Part shown: positions 25,101 to 39,251 of the stretch, in pieces
Layout of the letters: every line of letters begins with the position of its first letter
Position numbering within the stretch: position 1 is the first letter of the stretch
Origin: Macrostomum lignano
Taxonomy: Eukaryota
DNA length: 42,046 nt
Assembly (NCBI GenBank): GCA_002269645.1
Contig: NIVC01004558.1
Coordinates: 1 to 42,046 of the forward strand
Direction: 5' to 3'
The notes under the pieces: generated by a model
Database searches by the model: none
What the model was told of the DNA's origin: nothing
The model's input: only the letters and a program-made list of their open reading frames with translations
Program-made: the position numbers and the translations under genes

Positions 25101-28100
25101 TGATAGGCTAGATTAGCAATCCATTCTATTCCTGCATCCATGATAGGCTAGATTAGCAATCCATTCTATTCCTGCATCCATGATAGGCTAGATTAGCAAT
25201 CCATTCTATTCCTGCATCCATGATAGGCTAGATTAGCAATCCATTCTATTCCTGCATCCATGATAGGCTAGATTAGCAATCCATTCTATTCCTGCATCCA
25301 TGATAGGCTAGATTAGCAATCCATTCTATTCCTGCATCCATGATAGGCTAGATTAGCAATCCATTCTATTCCTGCATCCATGATAGGCTAGATTAGCAAT
25401 CCATTCTATTCCTGCATCCATGATAGGCTAGATTAGCAATCCATTCTATTCCTGCACCATGATAGGCTAGATTAGCAATCCATTCTATTCCTGCATCCAT
25501 GATAGGCTAGATTAGCAATCCATTCTATTCCTGCATCCATGATAGGCTAGATTAGCAATCCATTCTATTCCTGCATCCATGATAGGCTAGATTAGCAATC
25601 CATTCTATTCCTGCATCCATGATAGGCTAGATTAGCAATCCATTCTATTCCTGCATCCATGATAGGCTAGATTAGCAATCCATTCTATTCCTGCATCCAT
25701 GATAGGCTAGATTAGCAATCCATTCTATTCCTGCATCCATGATAGGCTAGATTAGCAATCCATTCTATTCCTGCACCATGATAGGCTAGATTAGCAATCC
25801 ATTCTATTCCTGCATCCATGATAGGCTAGATTAGCAATCCATTCTATTCCTGCATCCATGATAGGCTAGATTAGCAATCCATTCTATTCCTGCATCCATG
25901 ATAGGCTAGATTAGCAATCCATTCTATTCCTGCACCATGATAGGCTAGATTAGCAATCCATTCTATTCCTGCATCCATGATAGGCTAGATTAGCAATCCA
26001 TTCTATTCCTGCATCCATGATAGGCTAGATTAGCAATCCATTCTATTCCTGCATCCATGATAGGCTAGATTAGCAATCCATTCTATTCCTGCATCCATGA
26101 TAGGCTAGATTAGCAATCCATTCTATTCCTGCATCCATGATAGGCTAGATTAGCAATCCATTCTATTCCTGCATCCATGATAGGCTAGATTAGCAATCCA
26201 TTCTATTCCTGCATCCATGATAGGCTAGATTAGCAATCCATTCTATTCCTGCATCCATGATAGGCTAGATTAGCAATCCATTCTATTCCTGCATCCATGA
26301 TAGGCTAGATTAGCAATCCATTCTATTCCTGCATCCATGATAGGCTAGATTAGCAATCCATTCTATTCCTGCATCCATGATAGGCTAGATTAGCAATCCA
26401 TTCTATTCCTGCATCCATGATAGGCTAGATTAGCAATCCATTCTATTCCTGCATCCATGATAGGCTAGATTAGCAATCCATTCTATTCCTGCATCCATGA
26501 TAGGCTAGATTAGCAATCCATTCTATTCCTGCATCCATGATAGGCTAGATTAGCAATCCATTCTATTCCTGCATCCATGATAGGCTAGATTAGCAATCCA
26601 TTCTATTCCTGCATCCATGATAGGCTAGATTAGCAATCCATTCTATTCCTGCATCCATGATAGGCTAGATTAGCAATCCATTCTATTCCTGCATCCATGA
26701 TAGGCTAGATTAGCAATCCATTCTATTCCTGCATCCATGATAGGCTAGATTAGCAATCCATTCTATTCCTGCATCCATGATAGGCTAGATTAGCAATCCA
26801 TTCTATTCCTGCATCCATGATAGGCTAGATTAGCAATCCATTCTATTCCTGCATCCATGATAGGCTAGATTAGCAATCCATTCTATTCCTGCATCCATGA
26901 TAGGCTAGATTAGCAATCCATTCTATTCCTGCATCCATGATAGGCTAGATTAGCAATCCATTCTATTCCTGCATCCATGATAGGCTAGATTAGCAATCCA
27001 TTCTATTCCTGCATCCATGATAGGCTAGATTAGCAATCCATTCTATTCCTGCATCCATGATAGGCTAGATTAGCAATCCATTCTATTCCTGCATCCATGA
27101 TAGGCTAGATTAGCAATCCATTCTATTCCTGCATCCATGATAGGCTAGATTAGCAATCCATTCTATTCCTGCATCCATGATAGGCTAGATTAGCAATCCA
27201 TTCTATTCCTGCATCCATGATAGGCTAGATTAGCAATCCATTCTATTCCTGCATCCATGATAGGCTAGATTAGCAATCCATTCTATTCCTGCATCCATGA
27301 TAGGCTAGATTAGCAATCCATTCTATTCCTGCACCATGATAGGCTAGATTAGCAATCCATTCTATTCCTGCATCCATGATAGGCTAGATTAGCAATCCAT
27401 TCTATTCCTGCATCCATGATAGGCTAGATTAGCAATCCATGATCGGCTGATTAGCAATCCATTCTATTCCTGCACCCATGATAGGCTAGATTAGCAATCC
27501 ATTCTATTCCTGCATCCATGATAGGCTAGATTAGCAATCCATTCTATTCCTGCATCCATGATAGGCTAGATTAGCAATCCATGGCTAGATTAGCAATCCA
27601 TTCTATTCCTGCACCCATGATAGGCTAGATTAGCAATCCATTCTATTCCTGCATCCATGATAGGCTAGATTAGCAATCCATTCTATTCCTGCACCATGAT
27701 AGGCTAGATTAGCAATCCATGATCGGCTAGATTAGCAATCCATTCTATTCCTGCACCATGATAGGCTAGATTAGCAATCCATTCTATTCCTGCATCCATG
27801 ATAGGCTAGATTAGCAATCCATTCTATTCCTGCACCATGATAGGCTAGATTAGCAATCCATGATCGGCTGATTAGCAATCCATTCTATTCCTGCACCATG
27901 ATAGGCTAGATTAGCAATCCATTCTATTCCTGCATCCATGATAGGCTAGATTAGCAATCCATTCTATTCCTGCACCATGATAGGCTAGATTAGCAATCCA
28001 TTCTATTCCTGCATCCATGATAGGCTAGATTAGCAATCCATTCTATTCCTGCATCCATGATAGGCTAGATTAGCAATCCATTCTATTCCTGCATCCATGA

Positions 28101-31100
28101 TAGGCTAGATTAGCAATCCATTCTATTCCTGCATCCATGATAGGCTAGATTAGCAATCCATTCTATTCCTGCATCCATGATAGGCTAGATTAGCAATCCA
28201 TTCTATTCCTGCATCCATGATAGGCTAGATTAGCAATCCATTCTATTCCTGCATCCATGATAGGCTAGATTAGCAATCCATTCTATTCCTGCATCCATGA
28301 TAGGCTAGATTAGCAATCCATTCTATTCCTGCATCCATGATAGGCTAGATTAGCAATCCATTCTATTCCTGCATCCATGATAGGCTAGATTAGCAATCCA
28401 TTCTATTCCTGCACCATGATAGGCTAGATTAGCAATCCATGATCGCATGATAGGCTAGATTAGCAATCCATTCTATTCCTGCACCATGATAGGCTAGATT
28501 AGCAATCCATTCTATTCCTGCATCCATGATAGGCTAGATTAGCAATCCATTCTATTCCTGCACCATGATAGGCTAGATTAGCAATCCATGATAGGCTAGA
28601 TTAGCAATCCATTCTATTCCTGCATCCATGATAGGCTAGATTAGCAATCCATTCTATTCCTGCATCCATGATAGGCTAGATTAGCAATCCATTCTATTCC
28701 TGCACCATGATAGGCTAGATTAGCAATCCATTCTATTCCTGCATCCATGATAGGCTAGATTAGCAATCCATTCTATTCCTGCATCCATGATAGGCTAGAT
28801 TAGCAATCCATTCTATTCCTGCATCCATGATAGGCTAGATTAGCAATCCATTCTATTCCTGCACCATGATAGGCTAGATTAGCAATCCATTCTATTCCTG
28901 CATCCATGATAGGCTAGATTAGCAATCCATTCTATTCCTGCATCCATGATAGGCTAGATTAGCAATCCATGCATCCATGATAGGCTAGATTAGCAATCCA
29001 TTCTATTCCTGCATCCATGATAGGCTAGATTAGCAATCCATTCTATTCCTGCATCCATGATAGGCTAGATTAGCAATCCATTCTATTCCTGCATCCATGA
29101 TAGGCTAGATTAGCAATCCATTCTATTCCTGCATCCATGATAGGCTAGATTAGCAATCCATTCTATTCCTGCATCCATGATAGGCTAGATTAGCAATCCA
29201 TTCTATTCCTGCATCCATGATAGGCTAGATTAGCAATCCATTCTATTCCTGCATCCATGATAGGCTAGATTAGCAATCCATTCTATTCCTGCATCCATGA
29301 TAGGCTAGATTAGCAATCCATTCTATTCCTGCATCCATGATAGGCTAGATTAGCAATCCATTCTATTCCTGCATCCATGATAGGCTAGATTAGCAATCCA
29401 TTCTATTCCTGCATCCATGATAGGCTAGATTAGCAATCCATTCTATTCCTGCATCCATGATAGGCTAGATTAGCAATCCATTCTATTCCTGCATCCATGA
29501 TAGGCTAGATTAGCAATCCATTCTATTCCTGCATCCATGATAGGCTAGATTAGCAATCCATTCTATTCCTGCATCCATGATAGGCTAGATTAGCAATCCA
29601 TTCTATTCCTGCATCCATGATAGGCTAGATTAGCAATCCATTCTATTCCTGCATCCATGATAGGCTAGATTAGCAATCCATTCTATTCCTGCATCCATGA
29701 TAGGCTAGATTAGCAATCCATTCTATTCCTGCATCCATGATAGGCTAGATTAGCAATCCATTCTATTCCTGCATCCATGATAGGCTAGATTAGCAATCCA
29801 TTCTATTCCTGCATCCATGATAGGCTAGATTAGCAATCCATTCTATTCCTGCATCCATGATAGGCTAGATTAGCAATCCATTCTATTCCTGCATCCATGA
29901 TAGGCTAGATTAGCAATCCATTCTATTCCTGCATCCATGATAGGCTAGATTAGCAATCCATTCTATTCCTGCATCCATGATAGGCTAGATTAGCAATCCA
30001 TTCTATTCCTGCACCATGATAGGCTAGATTAGCAATCCATTCTATTCCTGCATCCATGATAGGCTAGATTAGCAATCCATTCTATTCCTGCACCATGATA
30101 GGCTAGATTAGCAATCCATTCTATTCCTGCACCATGATAGGCTAGATTAGCAATCCATTCTATTCCTGCATCCATGATAGGCTAGATTAGCAATCCATTC
30201 TATTCCTGCATCCATGATAGGCTAGATTAGCAATCCATTCTATTCCTGCATCCATGATAGGCTAGATTAGCAATCCATTCTATTCCTGCATCCATGATAG
30301 GCTAGATTAGCAATCCATTCTATTCCTGCACCATGATAGGCTAGATTAGCAATCCATTCTATTCCTGCATCCATGATAGGCTAGATTAGCAATCCATTCT
30401 ATTCCTGCACCATGATAGGCTAGATTAGCAATCCATTCTATTCCTGCATCCATGATAGGCTAGATTAGCAATCCATTCTATTCCTGCACCATGATAGGCT
30501 AGATTAGCAATCCATTCTATTCCTGCATCCATGATAGGCTAGATTAGCAATCCATTCTATTCCTGCATCCATGATAGGCTAGATTAGCAATCCATTCTAT
30601 TCCTGCATCCATGATAGGCTAGATTAGCAATCCATTCTATTCCTGCATCCATGATAGGCTAGATTAGCAATCCATTCTATTCCTGCATCCATGATAGGCT
30701 AGATTAGCAATCCATTCTATTCCTGCATCCATGATAGGCTAGATTAGCAATCCATTCTATTCCTGCATCCATGATAGGCTAGATTAGCAATCCATTCTAT
30801 TCCTGCATCCATGATAGGCTAGATTAGCAATCCATTCTATTCCTGCATCCATGATAGGCTAGATTAGCAATCCATTCTATTCCTGCATCCATGATAGGCT
30901 AGATTAGCAATCCATTCTATTCCTGCATCCATGATAGGCTAGATTAGCAATCCATTCTATTCCTGCATCCATGATAGGCTAGATTAGCAATCCATTCTAT
31001 TCCTGCATCCATGATAGGCTAGATTAGCAATCCATTCTATTCCTGCATCCATGATAGGCTAGATTAGCAATCCATTCTATTCCTGCATCCATGATAGGCT

Positions 31101-34100
31101 AGATTAGCAATCCATTCTATTCCTGCATCCATGATAGGCTAGATTAGCAATCCATTCTATTCCTGCATCCATGATAGGCTAGATTAGCAATCCATTCTAT
31201 TCCTGCATCCATGATAGGCTAGATTAGCAATCCATTCTATTCCTGCATCCATGATAGGCTAGATTAGCAATCCATTCTATTCCTGCATCCATGATAGGCT
31301 AGATTAGCAATCCATTCTATTCCTGCATCCATGATAGGCTAGATTAGCAATCCATTCTATTCCTGCATCCATGATAGGCTAGATTAGCAATCCATTCTAT
31401 TCCTGCATCCATGATAGGCTAGATTAGCAATCCATTCTATTCCTGCATCCATGATAGGCTAGATTAGCAATCCATTCTATTCCTGCATCCATGATAGGCT
31501 AGATTAGCAATCCATTCTATTCCTGCATCCATGATAGGCTAGATTAGCAATCCATTCTATTCCTGCATCCATGATAGGCTAGATTAGCAATCCATTCTAT
31601 TCCTGCATCCATGATAGGCTAGATTAGCAATCCATTCTATTCCTGCATCCATGATAGGCTAGATTAGCAATCCATTCTATTCCTGCATCCATGATAGGCT
31701 AGATTAGCAATCCATTCTATTCCTGCATCCATGATAGGCTAGATTAGCAATCCATGATCTGATTAGCAATCCATTCTATTCCTGCATCCATGATAGGCTA
31801 GATTAGCAATCCATTCTATTCCTGCATCCATGATAGGCTAGATTAGCAATCCATTCTATTCCTGCATCCATGATAGGCTAGATTAGCAATCCATGATAGG
31901 CTAGATTAGCAATCCATTCTATTCCTGCACCATGATAGGCTAGATTAGCAATCCATTCTATTCCTGCATCCATGATAGGCTAGATTAGCAATCCATTCTA
32001 TTCCTGCATCCATGATAGGCTAGATTAGCAATCCATTCTATTCCTGCATCCATGATAGGCTAGATTAGCAATCCATTCTATTCCTGCATCCATGATAGGC
32101 TAGATTAGCAATCCATTCTATTCCTGCATCCATGATAGGCTAGATTAGCAATCCATTCTATTCCTGCATCCATGATAGGCTAGATTAGCAATCCATGATC
32201 GGCTGGATTAGCAATCCATTCTATTCCTGCACCCATGATAGGCTAGATTAGCAATCCATTCTATTCCTGCATCCATGATAGGCTAGATTAGCAATCCATT
32301 CTATTCCTGCATCCATGATAGGCTAGATTAGCAATCCATGATCGGCTGATTAGCAATCCATTCTATTCCTGCACCATGATAGGCTAGATTAGCAATCCAT
32401 TCTATTCCTGCATCCATGATAGGCTAGATTAGCAATCCATTCTATTCCTGCACCATGATAGGCTAGATTAGCAATCCATGATCGGCTAGATTAGCAATCC
32501 ATTCTATTCCTGCATCCATGATAGGCTAGATTAGCAATCCATTCTATTCCTGCATCCATGATAGGCTAGATTAGCAATCCATTCTATTCCTGCATCCATG
32601 ATAGGCTAGATTAGCAATCCATTCTATTCCTGCATCCATGATAGGCTAGATTAGCAATCCATTCTATTCCTGCATCCATGATAGGCTAGATTAGCAATCC
32701 ATTCTATTCCTGCATCCATGATAGGCTAGATTAGCAATCCATTCTATTCCTGCATCCATGATAGGCTAGATTAGCAATCCATTCTATTCCTGCATCCATG
32801 ATAGGCTAGATTAGCAATCCATTCCATTCTATTCCTGCACCATGATAGGCTAGATTAGCAATCCATTCTATTCCTGCATCCATGATAGGCTAGATTAGCA
32901 ATCCATTCTATTCCTGCATCCATGATAGGCTAGATTAGCAATCCATTCTATTCCTGCACCATGATAGGCTAGATTAGCAATCCATTCTATTCCTGCATCC
33001 ATGATAGGCTAGATTAGCAATCCATTCTATTCCTGCATCCATGATAGGCTAGATTAGCAATCCATTCTATTCCTGCACCATGATAGGCTAGATTAGCAAT
33101 CCATTCTATTCCTGCATCCATGATAGGCTAGATTAGCAATCCATTCTATTCCTGCACCATGATAGGCTAGATTAGCAATCCATTCTATTCCTGCATCCAT
33201 GATAGGCTAGATTAGCAATCCATTCTATTCCTGCATCCATGATAGGCTAGATTAGCAATCCATTCTATTCCTGCATCCATGATAGGCTAGATTAGCAATC
33301 CATTCTATTCCTGCATCCATGATAGGCTAGATTAGCAATCCATTCTATTCCTGCACCATGATAGGCTAGATTAGCAATCCATTCTATTCCTGCATCCATG
33401 ATAGGCTAGATTAGCAATCCATTCTATTCCTGCACCATGATAGGCTAGATTAGCAATCCATTCTATTCCTGCATCCATGATAGGCTAGATTAGCAATCCA
33501 TTCTATTCCTGCATCCATGATAGGCTAGATTAGCAATCCATTCTATTCCTGCATCCATGATAGGCTAGATTAGCAATCCATTCTATTCCTGCACCATGAT
33601 AGGCTAGATTAGCAATCCATTCTATTCCTGCATCCATGATAGGCTAGATTAGCAATCCATTCTATTCCTGCATCCATGATAGGCTAGATTAGCAATCCAT
33701 TCTATTCCTGCATCCATGATAGGCTAGATTAGCAATCCATTCTATTCCTGCACCATGATAGGCTAGATTAGCAATCCATTCTATTCCTGCATCCATGATA
33801 GGCTAGATTAGCAATCCATTCTATTCCTGCACCATGATAGGCTAGATTAGCAATCCATTCTATTCCTGCATCCATGATAGGCTAGATTAGCAATCCATTC
33901 TATTCCTGCATCCATGATAGGCTAGATTAGCAATCCATTCTATTCCTGCACCATGATAGGCTAGATTAGCAATCCATTCTATTCCTGCATCCATGATAGG
34001 CTAGATTAGCAATCCATTCTATTCCTGCACCATGATAGGCTAGATTAGCAATCCATTCTATTCCTGCACCATGATAGGCTAGATTAGCAATCCATTCTAT

Positions 34101-37100
34101 TCCTGCACCATGATAGGCTAGATTAGCAATCCATTCTATTCCTGCACCATGATAGGCTAGATTAGCAATCCATTCTATTCCTGCATCCATGATAGGCTAG
34201 ATTAGCAATCCATTCTATTCCTGCACCATGATAGGCTAGATTAGCAATCCATTCTATTCCTGCATCCATGATAGGCTAGATTAGCAATCCATTCTATTCC
34301 TGCATCCATGATAGGCTAGATTAGCAATCCATTCTATTCCTGCATCCATGATAGGCTAGATTAGCAATCCATTCTATTCCTGCATCCATGATAGGCTAGA
34401 TTAGCAATCCATTCTATTCCTGCATCCATGATAGGCTAGATTAGCAATCCATTCTATTCCTGCACCATGATAGGCTAGATTAGCAATCCATTCTATTCCT
34501 GCATCCATGATAGGCTAGATTAGCAATCCATTCTATTCCTGCACCATGATAGGCTAGATTAGCAATCCATTCTATTCCTGCATCCATGATAGGCTAGATT
34601 AGCAATCCATTCTATTCCTGCATCCATGATAGGCTAGATTAGCAATCCATTCTATTCCTGCATCCATGATAGGCTAGATTAGCAATCCATTCTATTCCTG
34701 CATCCATGATAGGCTAGATTAGCAATCCATTCTATTCCTGCATCCATGATAGGCTAGATTAGCAATCCATTCTATTCCTGCACCATGATAGGCTAGATTA
34801 GCAATCCATTCTATTCCTGCACCATGATAGGCTAGATTAGCAATCCATTCTATTCCTGCACCATGATAGGCTAGATTAGCAATCCATTCTATTCCTGCAT
34901 CCATGATAGGCTAGATTAGCAATCCATTCTATTCCTGCATCCATGATAGGCTAGATTAGCAATCCATTCTATTCCTGCATCCATGATAGGCTAGATTAGC
35001 AATCCATTCTATTCCTGCATCCATGATAGGCTAGATTAGCAATCCATTCTATTCCTGCACCATGATAGGCTAGATTAGCAATCCATTCTATTCCTGCATC
35101 CATGATAGGCTAGATTAGCAATCCATTCTATTCCTGCATCCATGATAGGCTAGATTAGCAATCCATGATCGGCTGATTAGCAATCCATTCTATTCCTGCA
35201 CCATGATAGGCTAGATTAGCAATCCATTCTATTCCTGCATCCATGATAGGCTAGATTAGCAATCCATTCTATTCCTGCATCCATGATAGGCTAGATTAGC
35301 AATCCATGATAGGCTAGATTAGCAATCCATTCTATTCCTGCACCATGATAGGCTAGATTAGCAATCCATTCTATTCCTGCATCCATGATAGGCTAGATTA
35401 GCAATCCATTCTATTCCTGCACCCATGATAGGCTAGATTAGCAATCCATTCTATTCCTGCATCCATGATAGGCTAGATTAGCAATCCATTCTATTCCTGC
35501 ATCCATGATAGGCTAGATTAGCAATCCATTCTATTCCTGCATCCATGATAGGCTAGATTAGCAATCCATTCTATTCCTGCACCCATGATAGGCTAGATTA
35601 GCAATCCATTCTATTCCTGCATCCATGATAGGCTAGATTAGCAATCCATTCTATTCCTGCACCATGATAGGCTAGATTAGCAATCCATGATCGCTGATTA
35701 GCATCCATTCTATTAGCAATCCATTCTATTCCTGCATCCATGATAGGCTAGATTAGCAATCCATGATAGGCTAGATTAGCAATCCATTCTATTCCTGCAC
35801 CCATGATAGGCTAGATTAGCAATCCATGATCGGCTGGATTAGCAATCCATTCTATTCCTACACCCATGATAGGCTAGATTAGCAATCCATTCTATTCCTG
35901 CATCCATGATAGGCTAGATTAGCAATCCATTCTATTCCTGCACCATGATAGGCTAGATTAGCAATCCATTCTATTCCTGCATCCATGATAGGCTAGATTA
36001 GCAATCCATTCTATTCCTGCATCCATGATAGGCTAGATTAGCAATCCATTCTATTCCTGCATCCATGATAGGCTAGATTAGCAATCCATTCTATTCCTGC
36101 ACCATGATAGGCTAGATTAGCAATCCATTCTATTCCTGCATCCATGATAGGCTAGATTAGCAATCCATTCTATTCCTGCATCCATGATAGGCTAGATTAG
36201 CAATCCATTCTATTCCTGCACCATGATAGGCTAGATTAGCAATCCATTCTATCCTGCATCCATGATAGGCTAGATTAGCAATCCATTCTATTCCTGCACC
36301 ATGATAGGCTAGATTAGCAATCCATTCTATTCCTGCATCCATGATAGGCTAGATTAGCAATCCATTCTATTCCTGCACCCATGATAGGCTAGATTAGCAA
36401 TCCATGATCGGCTGGATTAGCAATCCATTCTATTCCTGCACCCATGATAGGCTAGATTAGCAATCCATTCTATTCCTGCATCCATGATAGGCTAGATTAG
36501 CAATCCATTCTATTCCTGCATCCATGATAGGCTAGATTAGCAATCCATGATAGGCTAGATTAGCAATCCATTCTATTCCTGCACCCATGATAGGCTAGAT
36601 TAGCAATCCATTCTATTCCTGCATCCATGATAGGCTAGATTAGCAATCCATTCTATTCCTGCACCATGATAGGCTAGATTAGCAATCCATTCTATTCCTG
36701 CATCCATGATAGGCTAGATTAGCAATCCATTCTATTCCTGCACCATGATAGGCTAGATTAGCAATCCATTCTATTCCTGCATCCATGATAGGCTAGATTA
36801 GCAATCCATTCTATTCCTGCACCATGATAGGCTAGATTAGCAATCCATTCTATTCCTGCATCCATGATAGGCTAGATTAGCAATCCATTCTATTCCTGCA
36901 TCCATGATAGGCTAGATTAGCAATCCATGATCGGCTGGATTAGCAATCCATTCTATTCCTGCACCATGATAGGCTAGATTAGCAATCCATTCTATTCCTG
37001 CATCCATGATAGGCTAGATTAGCAATCCATTCTATTCCTGCATCCATGATAGGCTAGATTAGCAATCCATTCTATTCCTGCACCCATGATAGGCTAGATT

Positions 37101-39193
37101 AGCAATCCATTCTATTCCTGCATCCATGATAGGCTAGATTAGCAATCCATTCTATTCCTGCATCCATGATAGGCTAGATTAGCAATCCATTCTATTCCTG
37201 CACCATGATAGGCTAGATTAGCAATCCATTCTATTCCTGCATCCATGATAGGCTAGATTAGCAATCCATTCTATTCCTGCATCCCATGATAGGCTAGATT
37301 AGCAATCCATTCTATTCCTGCACCATGATAGGCTAGATTAGCAATCCATTCTATTCCTGCATCCATGATAGGCTAGATTAGCAATCCATTCTATTCCTGC
37401 ACCCATGATAGGCTAGATTAGCAATCCATTCTATTCCTGCATCCATGATAGGCTAGATTAGCAATCCATTCTATTCCTGCACCCATGATAGGCTAGATTA
37501 GCAATCCATTCTATTCCTGCATCCATGATAGGCTAGATTAGCAATCCATTCTATTCCTGCACTCATGATAGGCTAGATTAGCAATCCATTCTATTCCTTC
37601 ATCCATGATAGGCTAGATTAGCAATCCATTCTATTCCTGCATCCATGATAGGCTAGATTAGCAATCCATTCTATTCCTGCATCCATGATAGGCTAGATTA
37701 GCAATCCATTCTATTCCTGCACCCATGATAGGCTAGATTAGCAATCCATTCTATTCCTGCAGCCATGATAGGCTAGATTAGCAATCCATTCTATTCCTGC
37801 AGCTATGATAGGCCAGATTAGCAATCCATTCTATTCTGCACCATGATAGGCTAGATTAGCAATCCATTCTATTCCTGCACCATGATAGGCTAGATTAGCA
37901 ATCCATTCTATTCCTGCATCCATGATAGGCTAGATTAGCAATCCATTCTATTCCTGCACCATGATAGGCTAGATTAGCAATCCATTCTATTCCTGCATCC
38001 ATGATAGGCTAGATTAGCAATCCATTCTATTCCTGCACCATGATAGGCTAGATTAGCAATCCATTCTATTCCTGCACCATGATAGGCTAGATTAGCAATC
38101 CATTCTATTCCTGCATCCATGATAGGCTAGATTAGCAATCCATTCTATTCCTGCAGCCATGATAGGCTAGATTAGCAATCCATTCTATTCCTGCATCCAT
38201 GATAGGCTAGATTAGCAATCCATTCTATTCCTGCACCATGATAGGCTAGATTAGCAATCATTCTATTCCTGCACCATGATAGGCTAGATTAGCAATCCAT
38301 TCTATTCCTGCATCCATGATAGGCTAGATTAGCAATCCATTCTATTCCTGCACCATGATAGGCTAGATTAGCAATCCATTCTATTCCTGCATCCATGATA
38401 GGCTAGATTAGCAATCCATTCTATTCCTGCACCCATGATAGGCTAGATTAGCAATCCATTCTATTCCTGCATCCATGATAGGCTAGATTAGCAATCCATT
38501 CTATTCCTACACCCATGATAGGCTAGATTAGCAATCCATTCTATTCCTGCATCCATGATAGGCTAGATTAGCAATCCATTCTATTCCTGCATCCATGATA
38601 GGCTAGATTAGCAATCCATTCTATTCCTACACCCATGATAGGCTAGATTAGCAATCCATTCTATTCCTGCATCCATGATAGGCTAGATTAGCAATCCATT
38701 CTATTCCTGCATCCGTGATTGGCTAGATTAGCAATCCATTCTATTCCTGCATCCATGATAGGCTAGATTAGCAATCCATTCTATTCCTACACCCATGATA
38801 GGCTAGATTAGCAATCCATTCTATTCCTGCATCCATGATAGGCTAGATTAGCAATCCATTCTATTCCTACACCCATGATAGGCTAGATTAGCAATCCATT
38901 CTATTCCTGCATCCATGATAGGCTACATTAGCAATCCATTCTATTCCTGCATCCATGATAGGCTAGATTAGCAATCCATTCTATTCCTGCACCCATGATA
39001 GGCTAGATTAGCAATCCATTCTATTCCTACACCCATGATAGGCTAGATTAGCAATCCATTCTATTCCTGCACCCATGATAGGCTAGATTAGCAATCCATT
39101 CTATTCCTGCATCCATGATAGGCTACATTAGCAATCCGTTCTATTCCTGCATCCATGATAGGCTACATTAGCAATCCGCTCTATGCCTGCAGC
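16130..39193 (+). repeat. 40-bp tandem satellite, right part of the array (roughly 580 monomers), same orientation as the left part
   Basis: Resumes in register at tccattctatt (16130) and ends at ...ctatgcctgcagc (39193). It contains variant monomers (caccc, tacac, gcagcc, 23-bp short units) concentrated at both ends and in periodic clusters. Confidence 0.99.
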
Positions 39194-39251
39194 TGAAACT
39201 GCTGTGCAATGATCACTAAAATGAATATTTGAGGTCCCCAGAGCCCCAGCC

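Noticed and set aside
33966-36342. Minus-strand ORFs encoding GIEWIANLAYHGA repeats (33966, 34719, 36157)
   Set aside because: They are by-products of runs of 39-bp monomers (a multiple of 3), not genes.
17380-38400. 39-bp gcaccatg monomers as a genuine subfamily
   Set aside because: They are best explained as a homopolymer or consensus compromise between gcatccatg and gcacccatg. This cannot be confirmed without reads.
1-39193. CRISPR-like array of ~40-bp repeats with short palindromes
   Set aside because: Repeats are contiguous with no unique spacers, there are no cas genes, and the context is eukaryotic.
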